64,000 bases of DNA from Psilocybe cubensis (lineage: Eukaryota), in assembly GCA_017499595.2 (NCBI GenBank), contig CM039006.1:930001-994000 (forward strand). The letters run 5' to 3'. The notes beneath the pieces are model-generated. The model was not told where the DNA came from, did not search any database, and saw nothing but the letters and a program-made list of their open reading frames with translations. Within the stretch, counting starts at the first letter, position 1. Every line of letters starts with the position of its first letter. Shown here in pieces: positions 38,483 through 50,340 of the stretch. The position numbers and the translations under genes were made by a program.

Positions 38483-41053
38483 ATGGCCGCTTCATCTTCC
38501 ACCACCGCCACCTTCGCCCAACGCCTCGCTGACTGGGAAAAAAAGTTTACCGAGTGCTACCGCAACGGTGAAAGCGCGTTCAACGCTGAGTTGGAGCAGC
38601 TTTACAGGGACTTGGTAAGTTCTCAATTTTATAAGATCATGACTTGCTCAACAAAAAAAAAAAAATTCCAATAGGTTCCATTGTGTCAGGAGCATGTCAG
38701 GGACGCCGCACGCTTCCGGCTCATTGACTATGTTGCGAGCCCCGTTGTCTACTCGTACAAAGTCATCCAGGGCAAGGACGGCGAGAACATCTACAGGTTT
38801 GAGGTCGACTGGGCGACGCTCAAACATCAAGTCGCCAACTTCAAGGCCTACCAGGAAGGCCAGGAGGCACAGAGGAAGAGGAGGGAGGAGGAGGAGCAAG
38901 AGAAGAGGAGGGAGAAGGAGGAGCAAGAGGAGGAGGAGAGGCAGAGGGTGGAGGAGAGGAGGAAGAGGGAGGTGAGGAGGAAGAGGGAGGAGAAGAAGAA
39001 GAGGGAGGAGGAAGAGGAGAGGCAGAGGGAGGAGGAGGAGGAGAGGCAGAGGGAGGAGGAGAGGAGGAAGAGGGAGGAAGAGAAGCAGAAGGTGGAGGAG
39101 AGGAGAAAGGATGAGAGGAGGAAGAGGGAGCAGGAGAGGAGGACCAGGGAGCAGGAGAGGCAGAAGGCGGAGGAGAGGAGGAAGAGGGAGCAGGAGCAGG
39201 AGCAGGAGCAGGAGACAGACGAGGAGAGGAACAAGGAGGAGACGGAGAAGAGACGGGCCGAGAAGGGCAAGGGCAAGGCAGTCGAACCCCCGGTGGAAGA
39301 CGGACCCGTGACAGACGCCCACAAAGACAAGGGCAAACGGAAAGCGGCGGACCCCGTGGAGTCCATTCAGTTGGCTCCAGCGGATTACAGGGGCCCACGG
39401 ACAAAGAAGGGGGAAATTATTCCCCACATTACCGCCTCCAACATGCCCGGTCACCCAGCGTACAGGGAGAAGCTGGAAAGATTGGCGAAGTCCAAGCAGG
39501 GGAAATTCAGGAGCAAGGCGATCATAGGAAGCCACACGGACGAAGACGCGGACGCGGACGTCGACGAGGACGACGAAGGCGATAACAAAGGGGCACCGCC
39601 TACCACCCCCACTGCCACCCCCACCCGGAAGATGCGCACGCGTTCCGTAAAGAAGGACACCGAGGACGATGTCCCCCCCATCAGGAAGGCGCGGTCGAGA
39701 TCCCAGAAAGTGCGCCAGGTGCCAGAGGGGATGGTGGACATGGTGGAAAGGTGCACGGCATGCATCAAATTCAAGGTGCCATGCTATGTCAAGGGGGAGA
39801 CAGGCACTGAGCCTCTCGTCCCCGTGAAGCACCAATCTTGCGAGTCTTGCAAGTCTCGCAAGATCCACTGCAGCTTCTACCCGGGGCGCAACACCTTCGT
39901 GGGTCAATTTTTGACGACGCCACTGGGAAGCTATGGGGAGGCGTTGAAGTTGGAGGAGGGAGAAGATGTTCCGGCGAAGGGGAAGGCCGGGGAAGGGTCG
40001 TTCCCCGAGGATGTGGGAGAACTGCTTGTGCAGCTCTTTGAGCGCCAAGGCAGAATCATAGAACGGCTGGACGGGTTATCCGCGTCCATGACGGCGATTA
40101 ATGCACGGATTGCGACGTTTGCCGAGACGAACTTGGCGGTGGAGAACAGGATGAAGAGCATCGAGGACGGCATCCAAGAGGTGAAGGCCGAATGGACCAT
40201 GGCCAAAGAACAAGTGGCAGGAAGCACCTCGCTTTCCGTCACGATGTTCAACGACATCACCAAGAGGATCAACCACGTCCGAGATGTGGTCGACGATTTG
40301 CTGGAGCAGGATGAACAAAGGAATCCCGCCCCCAAACAGGCAGCAGGACCCTCCAAGACGGAGGTCGAACAAGAATCGGGTCCGTCGCGGACCCGTGAAC
40401 CCACCTCTGTGCCACAATCCCCAAGCGCACCACCACCGCCAGCACCCCTCCCTTCCCCACCTCCACCTCCAGCAGCACCCATTCTCCCTTCCCCTCCTCC
40501 ACCACCGCCAGCACCTGTCCTCCCTTCCCCTCCCCCACCTCCACCCGCACCCGTCCTCCCTGCCGTGTCTGCGCCACCAACAGCGCTATTCTTGCCCGGT
40601 TCGACTCCGGAAGCGCCTTCGCCCCCCCCAGCTGGCCGACCCTCGCTCCCACCGGTACCGCCCATCCTTTCCCTGTCTCCACCACCCCCTCTCCCAGCTC
40701 CACGTCCTCGAAGTTCGACGTCAAAGGCCGCACCGTTGTCAAAGGGTGCACCATCGTCAAAGGCCGCGCCATCGTCAAAGGCCGGCCCATCCTCAAAGGC
40801 TAAGCCATTGTCAAAGGCTAAGCCATCCTCCAAGGCTGGGCCATCCGGGAATGGACACTCATCGGAGTTGTCTGATCCCTCGGACAGCGACGAGGTTGAA
40901 ATTGTGGAGGAGGAGGATGTTGAGATCGTGGCGTCCACGCTGCCCGCGTCGAACATAGCCACAAAGACAAGGGCTGGACGAAAGCGAAAGGCGGAAACGA
41001 CTCTGGCTGAAGCATCGCGCTCGCCCAAAAAATCCAAGGCCCAAAAAAAGTAG
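38483..41053 (+). CDS. KDZ-element accessory protein: E/R/K charged helix, Zn2Cys6-like binuclear cluster, coiled coil, Pro-rich tail and basic NLS-like end; intron ~38614-38673
   Basis: CTAC-x6-C-x18-CESC-x6-C at 39752-39871; long EEER/RRKR tract at 38870-39250; C-terminal RKRK...KKSKAQKK. Confidence 0.75.
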
Positions 41054-41331
41054 TGTATTTCAATTCTTTGTAACTTTTTTTTGGTCTCCTTTTTTGCCTG
41101 TCATATATTACATTGCTCACATCCCTATACAATTTTTTCATCATTTGGACTGTATATAGTTTTTACTCTCATGTGCTCATCTGTTTTATACCTCTCCCAA
41201 AAAGTAGCACTTGATGATTTTTAATGAACCCCGCTTTCTGTTTTGATTTTGTGTGAAAACATGTTTGAGAAACATCAAGATAAGAATAAAAAGCATCACA
41301 TTCAATAGGTATCATGAATCTACTTCAACAG

Positions 41332-43642
41332 CTAGGCTTTCAAAGTTTTTTTTCTTTGTCTTTTACCTGCTACAGCAAGCAGACTTGCTTCCTGAAGTGC
41401 TAAGGCATCCGAAGTCACATTCCTGCGGGCCCGTGTTTCATCCGTATCTGGACTTGTTACTGTCTCCACAAAGGCATCACAAGTCACGTCCCTGCCGGCC
41501 CGTGTATTATCCGTGTCTTGGGTTGTTCCTGTTTGGACTCCATCTTCTTCCACTGTGTTAAGTGGATCTGAGTAGGGCTTTGTTCTTTTCCTAGGTTGAA
41601 TCCTTCTAGTTGGTTTTGGCTTAACTGGGGGGGGTACAGAACTCTCTTCATCGGGTCCGTCCATTTCCGCCGTTCCGACATATGGCTTTGTTCTTTTTCT
41701 TGGCATAATCTTTCTAGCTGGCTTGGGAGGCGCCTCCTCAACCTCTGGAGTTGGGCTGGATGATGGATTGACAATTGTTGGGCTGGATCTACTTGGTAGA
41801 GAGGGTGGCTCGCTAGATCTTGAAGGTGCGTCGGTAGGAGTCTCATCCGTCTCTGGCGTGACTTCAAATCTGGCAGTAGTGCGTGGCATCGCGGATGCCG
41901 GACTACCCCGTCCATTATCAAACTCTGACAGATTGGATGATTCAGAGTCGCTTGAAGATTGGGTTTGAAGTCGTATAGCTTTTTGCCTCAGCCGACGTTT
42001 GGTTATGGCTGCAGGAGGTGGAGGTATCGGGTGGGCTTCTAGGCCGTCAAACAAGTTGGACGGATAGAGAGGTTCCATAATGTCATAGCCATTTCCAAAA
42101 ACCTTTGAGAATTTAAAGGGGATGTCTCCTTGCGCTTGACGGTCCCTCCATAGCTTGAGAATTGCAGAAGTTGACTCCAGGCGGAGCCGGCTCGGATCCG
42201 TCACGGGGATTGAACTTGGCCAATACTCTGGATCAATCATTTCTGCAGAACGCCTTTCAAGAGCATCCCAAGGAACACTTGAACCAGGCCTATCCTTGGC
42301 TAAAGCTGTATACATAGTTAGCAAGTTTGTTGAGGACATAGACAAATTACACACCATAAACCTTGTTCATGTAAATTCTAATAATTGACTTTTGCGCATA
42401 AGCGACTTCTCTCCCAGTTGAGCCATAGATAGGACTAGGTACTATTGGAAATCCATTGCTGCTAAACTTGAGGGATTTTTCATGAAACGATGCATCTGGC
42501 AGTGCTGGATTGGCCACACCCTTCTCTATTTCTGAAATGTGGACGAGGTATTGAACAAACGCTCTGCGAAAAGCGGCCAACTCGGATGGAAAGAGTTGCC
42601 CAAAGGAAGGAATTCTGACATCGTCGAGTGCTAGATCGCTTGTCTGGGTCCTTCAATGCCCATCAGTCAACATTAATACGGGCCAAATTATTCCGCCGTG
42701 AATGCTTACGGCGGAAACTTTATCCGCCGTAGGGTGTTTACGGCGGATAAAGTTTCCGCCGTAAGCATTCACGGCGGAACTTGTTCATGCCGTGTTTAAC
42801 ACTTACATTGAGTATTCGATTTTACCCTCAATATCATAATGCCCCTCAAAGGTAATGGACCTCATACCCATTCTCTGCCACTTAAGTTTCTCCATTTGTC
42901 GAAGTATTTTTCTGCCTTGCCTGGCAGCAGTCCTGCAGATGTCAGATTGACGGCGGAAACAAGTTCCACCGACTCACTTTGCCTTCATTGATTTTGAAAC
43001 ACCTTTCTTATTCCATTCCTCGAGGATCTCCATGAACCTGTCCCGCTCCTCCTGAGTCAATCTGGCCTCAACCTGCTTACGTCCTTGTTGATAAAACTTC
43101 ATCCAATCTTTACTTCCACGAGCAGCATTCCCTGATAGAAGCGCAACCTCGGAGTCAATCTCTGCCGACTTCTCCTCACGGAATACCGTCTGAAAGGTTA
43201 TACGGGAGTTCAATCCTTCCAATTTTACACCAATTCGATTTGACGCATGGTTTCTAAACCAATTAAAAATTCGCTATTGTGATGGTTTATGTGTGTAACA
43301 AAATTTTCAAAGAAACAACGAGCTCACATGCTTCTTCACCTTCCATTCTTTGTGTAGTTGCTTATCTTCCTTCCTAGCACGTCTAGAGTATCTGTGATCC
43401 CATGTAGCTTGCAGCTCAGGTATGACAGTGTTCTGTATGTAGTCTGCTTTGGATGACTTTGATGTATCTTTGTAGGGCTGTACATGCTTTTTCAACACGC
43501 GCATTTCCTTTGTGGTCCATATATTTGATTCTTCCGGCGGAAAGTCACCCTCCGCCGTCTGTCCGCTTCTGGGTCCGTTGTGGGTTGTGGCATTTGCGGT
43601 AGAAGGAAGCGGATCCACGTCGGGGGATGCAATGGTGGGCAT
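41332..43642 (-). CDS. KDZ-element accessory protein with N-terminal HTH/Myb-like segment and a divergent HMG-box-like domain, multi-exon
   Basis: WTTKEMRVL...NWFRNH at the N-terminus; FQTVFREEKSAEI...WMKFYQQGRKQVEARLTQEERDRFMEILEEWNK resembles HMG-box helices. GT-AG introns join ORFs 43307-43642, 42974-43222, 42347-42580 and 41332-42357. Confidence 0.6.
42691..42779. repeat. Perfect 41-bp inverted repeat (7-nt loop) inside an intron of the HMG-like gene
   Basis: TTCCGCCGTGAATGCTTACGGCGGAAACTTTATCCGCCGTA, loop GGGTGTT, then the exact reverse complement. Confidence 0.93.
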
Positions 43643-44521
43643 AATTGCAGCGATGTAACAAGTAGCTTATCGATGAGTATCTGTGTGATCTAGTCAAATC
43701 TCACGTCATACGGAGATAAAATAAGCTTCCGATCATACTAAATGAATGATGTGATGTCATATTTTTCCCAATCAGGTAATCCCGCTTCATCGTCGGCCAC
43801 GATGATCAAAGCATGCTGGTCGCTGTCACATACATTGACCTCATGATTTTGCAATAGTTCCCTCTGCACTCAATCAATAAACATGAAATTTTGTAAACAT
43901 TTAGCGCTTTATATAAAGATAATCTTACAAGGTTTTAAATTCTTGTTAGATGGCTGTAAAGATACAGAAACACAAAATTCAAATTCACGTCTTCTCACCC
44001 AAAACTTGTGAAACCCAAAACGGCAGTCATCTCAGAGACCATGAGAGGTATTCAAATGCATAATTTTTTTCAAAAAATATAATGATCCCAGTGAGCTCAT
44101 TTTGACACATTTTCTAGTATATTGAGAATATCTCCTTAAATACGAGGATTCACATTCTACAAAAAATGTCATTCGGTAGCTATTAAAAATATCTTTCATA
44201 TGATATACGCCGGAGGAATGAGGGGCCAGCCAGTGAAAAGATATTTCAAAAACACTCCAAAGTGTGGTTCTGAAAGGGTCGTTCTGCATCATATTGTACA
44301 TTTATGATGGGATCACGTCCATTTTGTGCATCTCTGGATTAAGTTTTGTTCATAACATTTCACTCACTCATCCAAATATGCTGCAAGATAGATCATATGA
44401 AAGCTATTTTTCTCCTCTTTAAAACGGCATAATTGAGGGAAATTTATCTACAGAAATAAACATGTTATACTACATTTAGATCTGCGCTCACAGGCTGTCA
44501 GACTCTTTGTTTCCAACATCC

Positions 44522-47500
44522 ATGGGCTTCAAGAAAGTACCTGATAGGGGATCGGATGAGGAGTTTCCCAATGTTCGGGAGGCCTCCTGGTCTAGTGGGG
44601 CCAAGAAACGAAAGAGAGGGCGGCCGAGGATCCACAAACTTCCTGCAGAATCATCATCAACAAACCTCCCTCAAACAACGACTTACTCTTTCCAAAACCA
44701 TGAACACAACATTCTGGAAGAAGAAATACCTCATTATCCGGGAGATCTAACTGATCAGCAGGTACTTGATAACCTGAGACAGCTAGATGACGACAGAACG
44801 GGAGGAAAGGTATGTTTTAACATGTTTTCAGTAGAATGATCAGGATGACTTTACCTATCCAGTCTCAAAATGATTACCTGAGGGAATGGCTCCCGAAACG
44901 AGAGGTGTATCTTGGAACAATGATTGGAGGAGAAGCCCCGGATCCGGATCTGAATGGACGGTGTCAGCAATGTCAAGGAATGTCTGGAGTGTGGAGATGT
45001 TGCCAATGCTTTGGCTCTAGAATTTTGTGTTCTGAATGCCTGCGAAGAAACCATCAATTTACACCTTTCCACCGCGTTGAGAAGTGGACGGGTCTATATT
45101 TCCGTCCGGGAGCTCTGTGGGAAGTGGGTGTCAAGTTGTATTTGGGTCATAATGGGAAGCGGTGTCCTTATCCCACGGATCCGAGCCATCTAGGATGCGA
45201 CGGCGGAAACAATTCATCCGGGAGTCATGGGCACGGCGGAAACAATTCGCCCATCTTTGAGGATGAACACGGATTGGACCTGGATCCGCTTCCTGCGAGC
45301 AATGACCAAGAATCCTTTACGGCTCAGCTTCTGGCGGACCCGGAGGTACCCCATTTGGTTGAGCTGGACGATGGAGACGATGAAGATGATGATCTATTCG
45401 AGGAAGTCGATACAACCTATCTGGACCAACCTCGTCCAAAGGCAGCAGACAACAATGGAATTCCTTTCAAGGCAATTGTGCACACCTCCGGAGTCCATTA
45501 TCTGCCCGTGCGAACATGCACATGCCGGTCCGTCCGCCTTCCGTCTATCGATTTACAGTATCTGGAGATGGGATTATTTGCAGCCAGCTTTGAAAACGTT
45601 CAAACTGTGTTCACAGTTGAGGTCCTTGAGGACTTTCGGATGGACAACCTCGAGTGCAAAACGTCGGCTTATCAGTATTACCAAAAGTTGCGAAGACTGA
45701 CTTCGCCAGCGTTTCCAAAAAAGGTGCTGAACCGCTATCGTGAATTGAGAAGGCTTAGTAGAGAATACAGGGACCTTGTCCTGAGACGACAATACGGAGA
45801 AGGGCATACAAGAGAAGCGGTGGTCCCTTACTATCATCATTGCCATGATTCATCACCAGAGAGGATGGGTATTAATGTATCTGATCCAATTGACGGCGGA
45901 TCTGATAGTCCGTCTCAAGAAGTCGGAATGTCAACGGACCCGTCTCTGGGACACGGCGGATTAGATGGTCCGCCTGCACCACAAATGACGCGGACCGAGG
46001 ATCATCCCAAAGTTGAAGATAGGAGAGGGAAGTTGGCCTTATTCTGCCCCGCCTGTCCACAGCCTGGAATAAACCTACCTGATACCTGGATTGATGATGC
46101 TGACAGGCAAGTTTTAGTTATTCTTCAAGGGTGACTGCAATTAACAGCAAATAGCAATCTGTACATACGTAGTTATGTTGCAGATGGTAATTTCAAAGCA
46201 GATCACCTCAATCAGAAAAACGAGGGAGACGATGTTTGGTTGAGCGTTGGAGAAGGATACATGACTGCTCCGGGCCCATACAAGGAGCACATCAAGGAAG
46301 CAATTTCTCTTGCTCCACGTTATAAACGGGTGCGTTATCTACCATGATTTATCTTTCACGGCGGATGCTTACGTTCCGTGTCACAATCTTCCACGGCGGA
46401 TGCTTCCCTTCCGTGTCAAAAAAATCTTCCACGGCGGATGGCTTATCCTCCGTGTAAAAAAATATCAGGAACAAACATGTCATAACTACCACGCCCAGAA
46501 AGCTGAAAACAGAGTCAGCCCGGGTAAGAGAGTACGTGGAATTGGGGCACACGCTTGCGCTAGGCACGGATGCTTCTGTCCATCCAGCGTTGTCGATTTT
46601 GACAAAGGCGAAAAGCAGATGCACATGGATTGGTCTTTGACTCAGGCCAGGGAAACTACCAACACACAGGGAATCACAAAACATTTGGAAATCTACGATA
46701 TAAACTGTCAATATTGCGTTAACTTGGCAAGGCGTCTCTCAGAGTCCACAAAAATGCATTGGCCACCTTCTGTTAAAATGATTTTTGCAATTGGTTTATT
46801 TCACGTCCACGGGCACAAGACGGAATGTCTTTACAACTACGCATCCACCTATGTCCCGGGTGTGGGAATCATTGACGGAGAAATCCTGGAGCCGTTGTGG
46901 TCCGTGTTAAATGACACATCCCGGAGTACACGTTCCGCTACCACTGCCCATCGAGCAGAGGTTTTGGACGACCACATGGGGGATTCCAACTGGAAGAAGA
47001 CCATTAATATGGCTGCAACAATTGCTGCAAAGTTCAAACGGGCACGGGAACAGTCCGGAATCACAGACCGATTTTATAGGGGTATCACGGATCAACAAGA
47101 TTCCGGGCTCATCAACACTTGGGAAGATGAAATTTCAAAAGCAGAAGCGGACCGAGAACAAGGTGTGGCCGACGCTGTTGGCAAGGTAATGGCAAGCAAA
47201 GTGAAAACGGCTGCTGGACGCCAAGAAATTGAATTGCATCTTTCAAATATGGAACTTACATCTAATGGTGCTACTGGAAAGGCAGCATGGATATCATCCG
47301 GCTTAAAACTGGAGCAAGCGCAGTACGATTATTTCAATTGCATCCTACAGAATTTAACATGCTTTTAGATTGGAGCTCAGGGACCATGTCAGAAAGCTCG
47401 GAAAGCATCCTTCCACCGCGCAGAAACTTGACTTGGTCAATAAACGTCGCTCCATGCGGACCCGCGTTGAAGCCTTCTGTCGATCCGCTATGACCTTCAT

Positions 47501-48444
47501 GGGCGAAGATGTCTTGGAGGATATTCAAGGGGACATCGCTCCCATACTTGACTATGAAGTCAGTGACAACGACGATCCTGATCTTGGAAATGTCAACATT
47601 ACCCGCGCGGATCCGGAACGACAGCCGCTTCCGTTTCCCTCCGCCGTCAAACAAGATTTCTTTGACGGCCTTGACGCGGGAACAAACCTCATTTTAAAAG
47701 GGCTTCGCAAACTTGAACTTCAAATAAGACATGGCCACGCAGAGGACTGTCTGGAAGCGGTCCGGTCAGCCTTGATCCAGCTTTCTTGGCAGTATAAATA
47801 TCAGGTTCGGACCGCCGACTCCGTCTATATGGGGACTCGTGCTTGGGATGGCGTCAAGCTTTTGAATGCTTCCTGGAAATTGCACCGGCGACTCTACAAC
47901 ACAAACCGTCAGAAGATGATCTATTTATCTGCTGGCGTGCGAGACGAGGATAATATTCGGAAACAATATCCCATTCTGCAAGTCCATGATTGCAAGCATA
48001 GTAATGCCGTGTCGGATCCGAACATTCGCGGAGGAAGCTCGGACCGTCTAAGTTGGATTTGGAGATCCCGTCAGGGCCTGGACAATGATAATCAATTATA
48101 CGTTAATGAGTGTGAGTACTGCTATTTGTATTTCTAATTTTTTTCTCAAGGGCTTCTTAGTCTTTAGGCTAAACTGGCTCCGCGCGCGAGCTCAGAGGAA
48201 TAGATGGCAAGAGGAGCTGGCCTTGACAAAAAAGGAAATGGAATGGACTGTCAGATTTTATGTGTATATGGCAAAGACATGGCGTGCACGGCATGATTTT
48301 GTTCCTGACAGGTTAGTTGGTCACAGGGCAAATGCTCAAAAGCAGATTGCCATGTGGAATGATCTGGGGCGGGCCGCGGATAAGGTCTTCCGTCAAATTA
48401 ACCCGGAGTATCCGTCCGTGTGGAGATTTATAATTACAGATTAA
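44522..48444 (+). CDS. KDZ transposase with CxC2 cysteine cluster, about 6 exons, apparently intact
   Basis: N-terminal CQQC..WRCCQC..CSEC..H..PFHRVEKWTG; CxC2-type IVHTSGVH...CTC...TVFT; LALFCPACPQPGINLP; ADGNFK; CARHG; DFDKGEK; YDINCQ; FHVHGHKTEC; DGEILEPLWS; WLRARAQRNRWQEE. No stop codon after splicing. Confidence 0.92.
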
Positions 48445-48488
48445 CCAGTTCTTTGAACATTCTTGTTGTATCCCATCTCGTTGAATTC

Positions 48489-50113
48489 ATGCACTTACCG
48501 CGGCTTTTTACACCTCCTGTCGAGGACGAACATCATCTCCTTACCTATGATGAGCGACGTGCTCTGGCCAAAGTTCATGTCCATATTTGTGGTGCACGGA
48601 TCCGTGCCGGATACCGTTTGTTCATTGCAAACGGAGACTCTGTTTCCTCCGTGCGTCGCCAAAAATGGATGTATTTGCTCGACCTGGAGGTGGTAAGACA
48701 GTAATTTTGAACGATTATATCTTGTATTGAGAACTGGTCGTCAGGCTATACTGCTGAGAGTACTCGGATACTGCTATGTCAATGGATTCCAAGTCGATAT
48801 TCCATTTTTTATATCAGAAATTCTCAATCAGAGCGTACATGCCGTTTTGAACCGAACTCCCCACCATCGAGCTGTTCTATTTGAATCTCTAAATCAAAGC
48901 TGGTCAGCATGGGAAGATGATGAAATTTTAAATCAGACCAAGAGCTGGGGATATTGGTGGAGGGACGGATTTGCTGAAGGCGATGAGTGGCAAGTTGCCT
49001 TTGTTACCGTTGAATCGCAAGCAAGAGAATTTTGGAACAAGGTATGTTTTTTTATTGCTGTGGATTATATCTGATTTGCGTCCTTCCCACCAGGTGGTTC
49101 TGCCTGAATACCAACAAGAGGTACTCCGGCTAAATAATCAGAGGAAAGAAGCTAAGGAGGGCGCAAGTTCATCTACCTCTGGGCCTCCAAGAAATCAGGA
49201 AAACAATCCCAAGGGCAAGGGAAAGGCGGCTGAACGGACATCCGTCCCCATCTCGGGGAAGCACGGATCCGCGTTGACGGGAAAGCACGGCTCCGCGTTT
49301 TCACCGCCCACGGGGAAACCCAATCCGCCGACCCGTGTTGCAAACACGCGGGATGAAACATCCCCAATTGCAATTTCTGACCACAGACCGCCCTACTGTC
49401 CCCGCTGCGGTCAGCCTATCCTAACGGGCGTAATGAGGGAGTTGGCTCACCTGCGCCGGAATGTGGCGGACAAAATGAAAAATGCCCATAAAGCAGTGAC
49501 TACTTCTTCGGCCGCCTTGGGCAGATATTCTGTATTGGAGAAGATGTGGATTGACTCTAAGGAGCACCCGTTCTCTAACGGCAAGGGGCTTTCAGCCAAA
49601 TACAAATTTCAGCATCCCGTTCACCCTTCTCCTGACAGTTGGGGCGCTATAACGGCTCAAGCCTGGTCCTTCGAGGTCTCAAAGCTCAAAGTCGCTTCAT
49701 TTTACATCAACGACATTTTTTATTCTTTTATTGCCGTCAAGGAACTACCTTTTCATCCACTCTGGTATCATTCGCCACCCTCCAACACTGCAAATATTCA
49801 TCTCCCAACAGATACTCTGCCTACTCCCGGTTCCGTCAGCCCTCCGTCAAATGCACACACCAGCAATGCCTTCCTTTTTAACGCAAGGTCAAGACCTGTT
49901 TTCCCGGGAGAAGAGGATGATATTGATAGTACGTCCGATACCACTGAATCCTCTACACCAGCTACGTTTTTAGAGCATCTCGCACAGGACTTTGAAGAGG
50001 AGGCGGATGAGGAGTCTTCCGCCGGTGATACGACGGAGGAGTCAGATGCTTCCGGTAACTCGGAAGAGCTTAGCGAGGACGTGTCGGAAACACCCTGGGA
50101 TGAGGAATCTTAG
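48489..50113 (+). CDS. KDZ-element accessory protein of unknown function (multi-exon, CPRC motif, acidic tail)
   Basis: ORF pieces 48420-48704, 48727-49074 and 48971-50113 joined at GT-AG introns; no recognised domain. Confidence 0.55.
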
Positions 50114-50340
50114 TTGCCCACCTCTCGCACAGGACATCGAAGAGGAGGCGGATGATGCCTTTTCCGCCGGTAATACGACGGCGGAGTCCGATGATTCCGG
50201 TAACCTTGGAAGAGCTCAGCGCGGGCGCGTCGGAAACACCCTGGGACAGAGAATTCTGGTTGTTCTGTAGCTTTCGTACCGTTTTGTTTTGGAAATATAA
50301 AAAAATCTTCCCCAAACCCAACTTCCAAGTCAAAAACTGA

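Noticed and set aside
38648..41037. Long - strand ORFs (466 aa Leu/Pro-rich and 368 aa Gly-rich)
   Set aside because: Antisense shadows of the low-complexity, GC-rich + strand gene.
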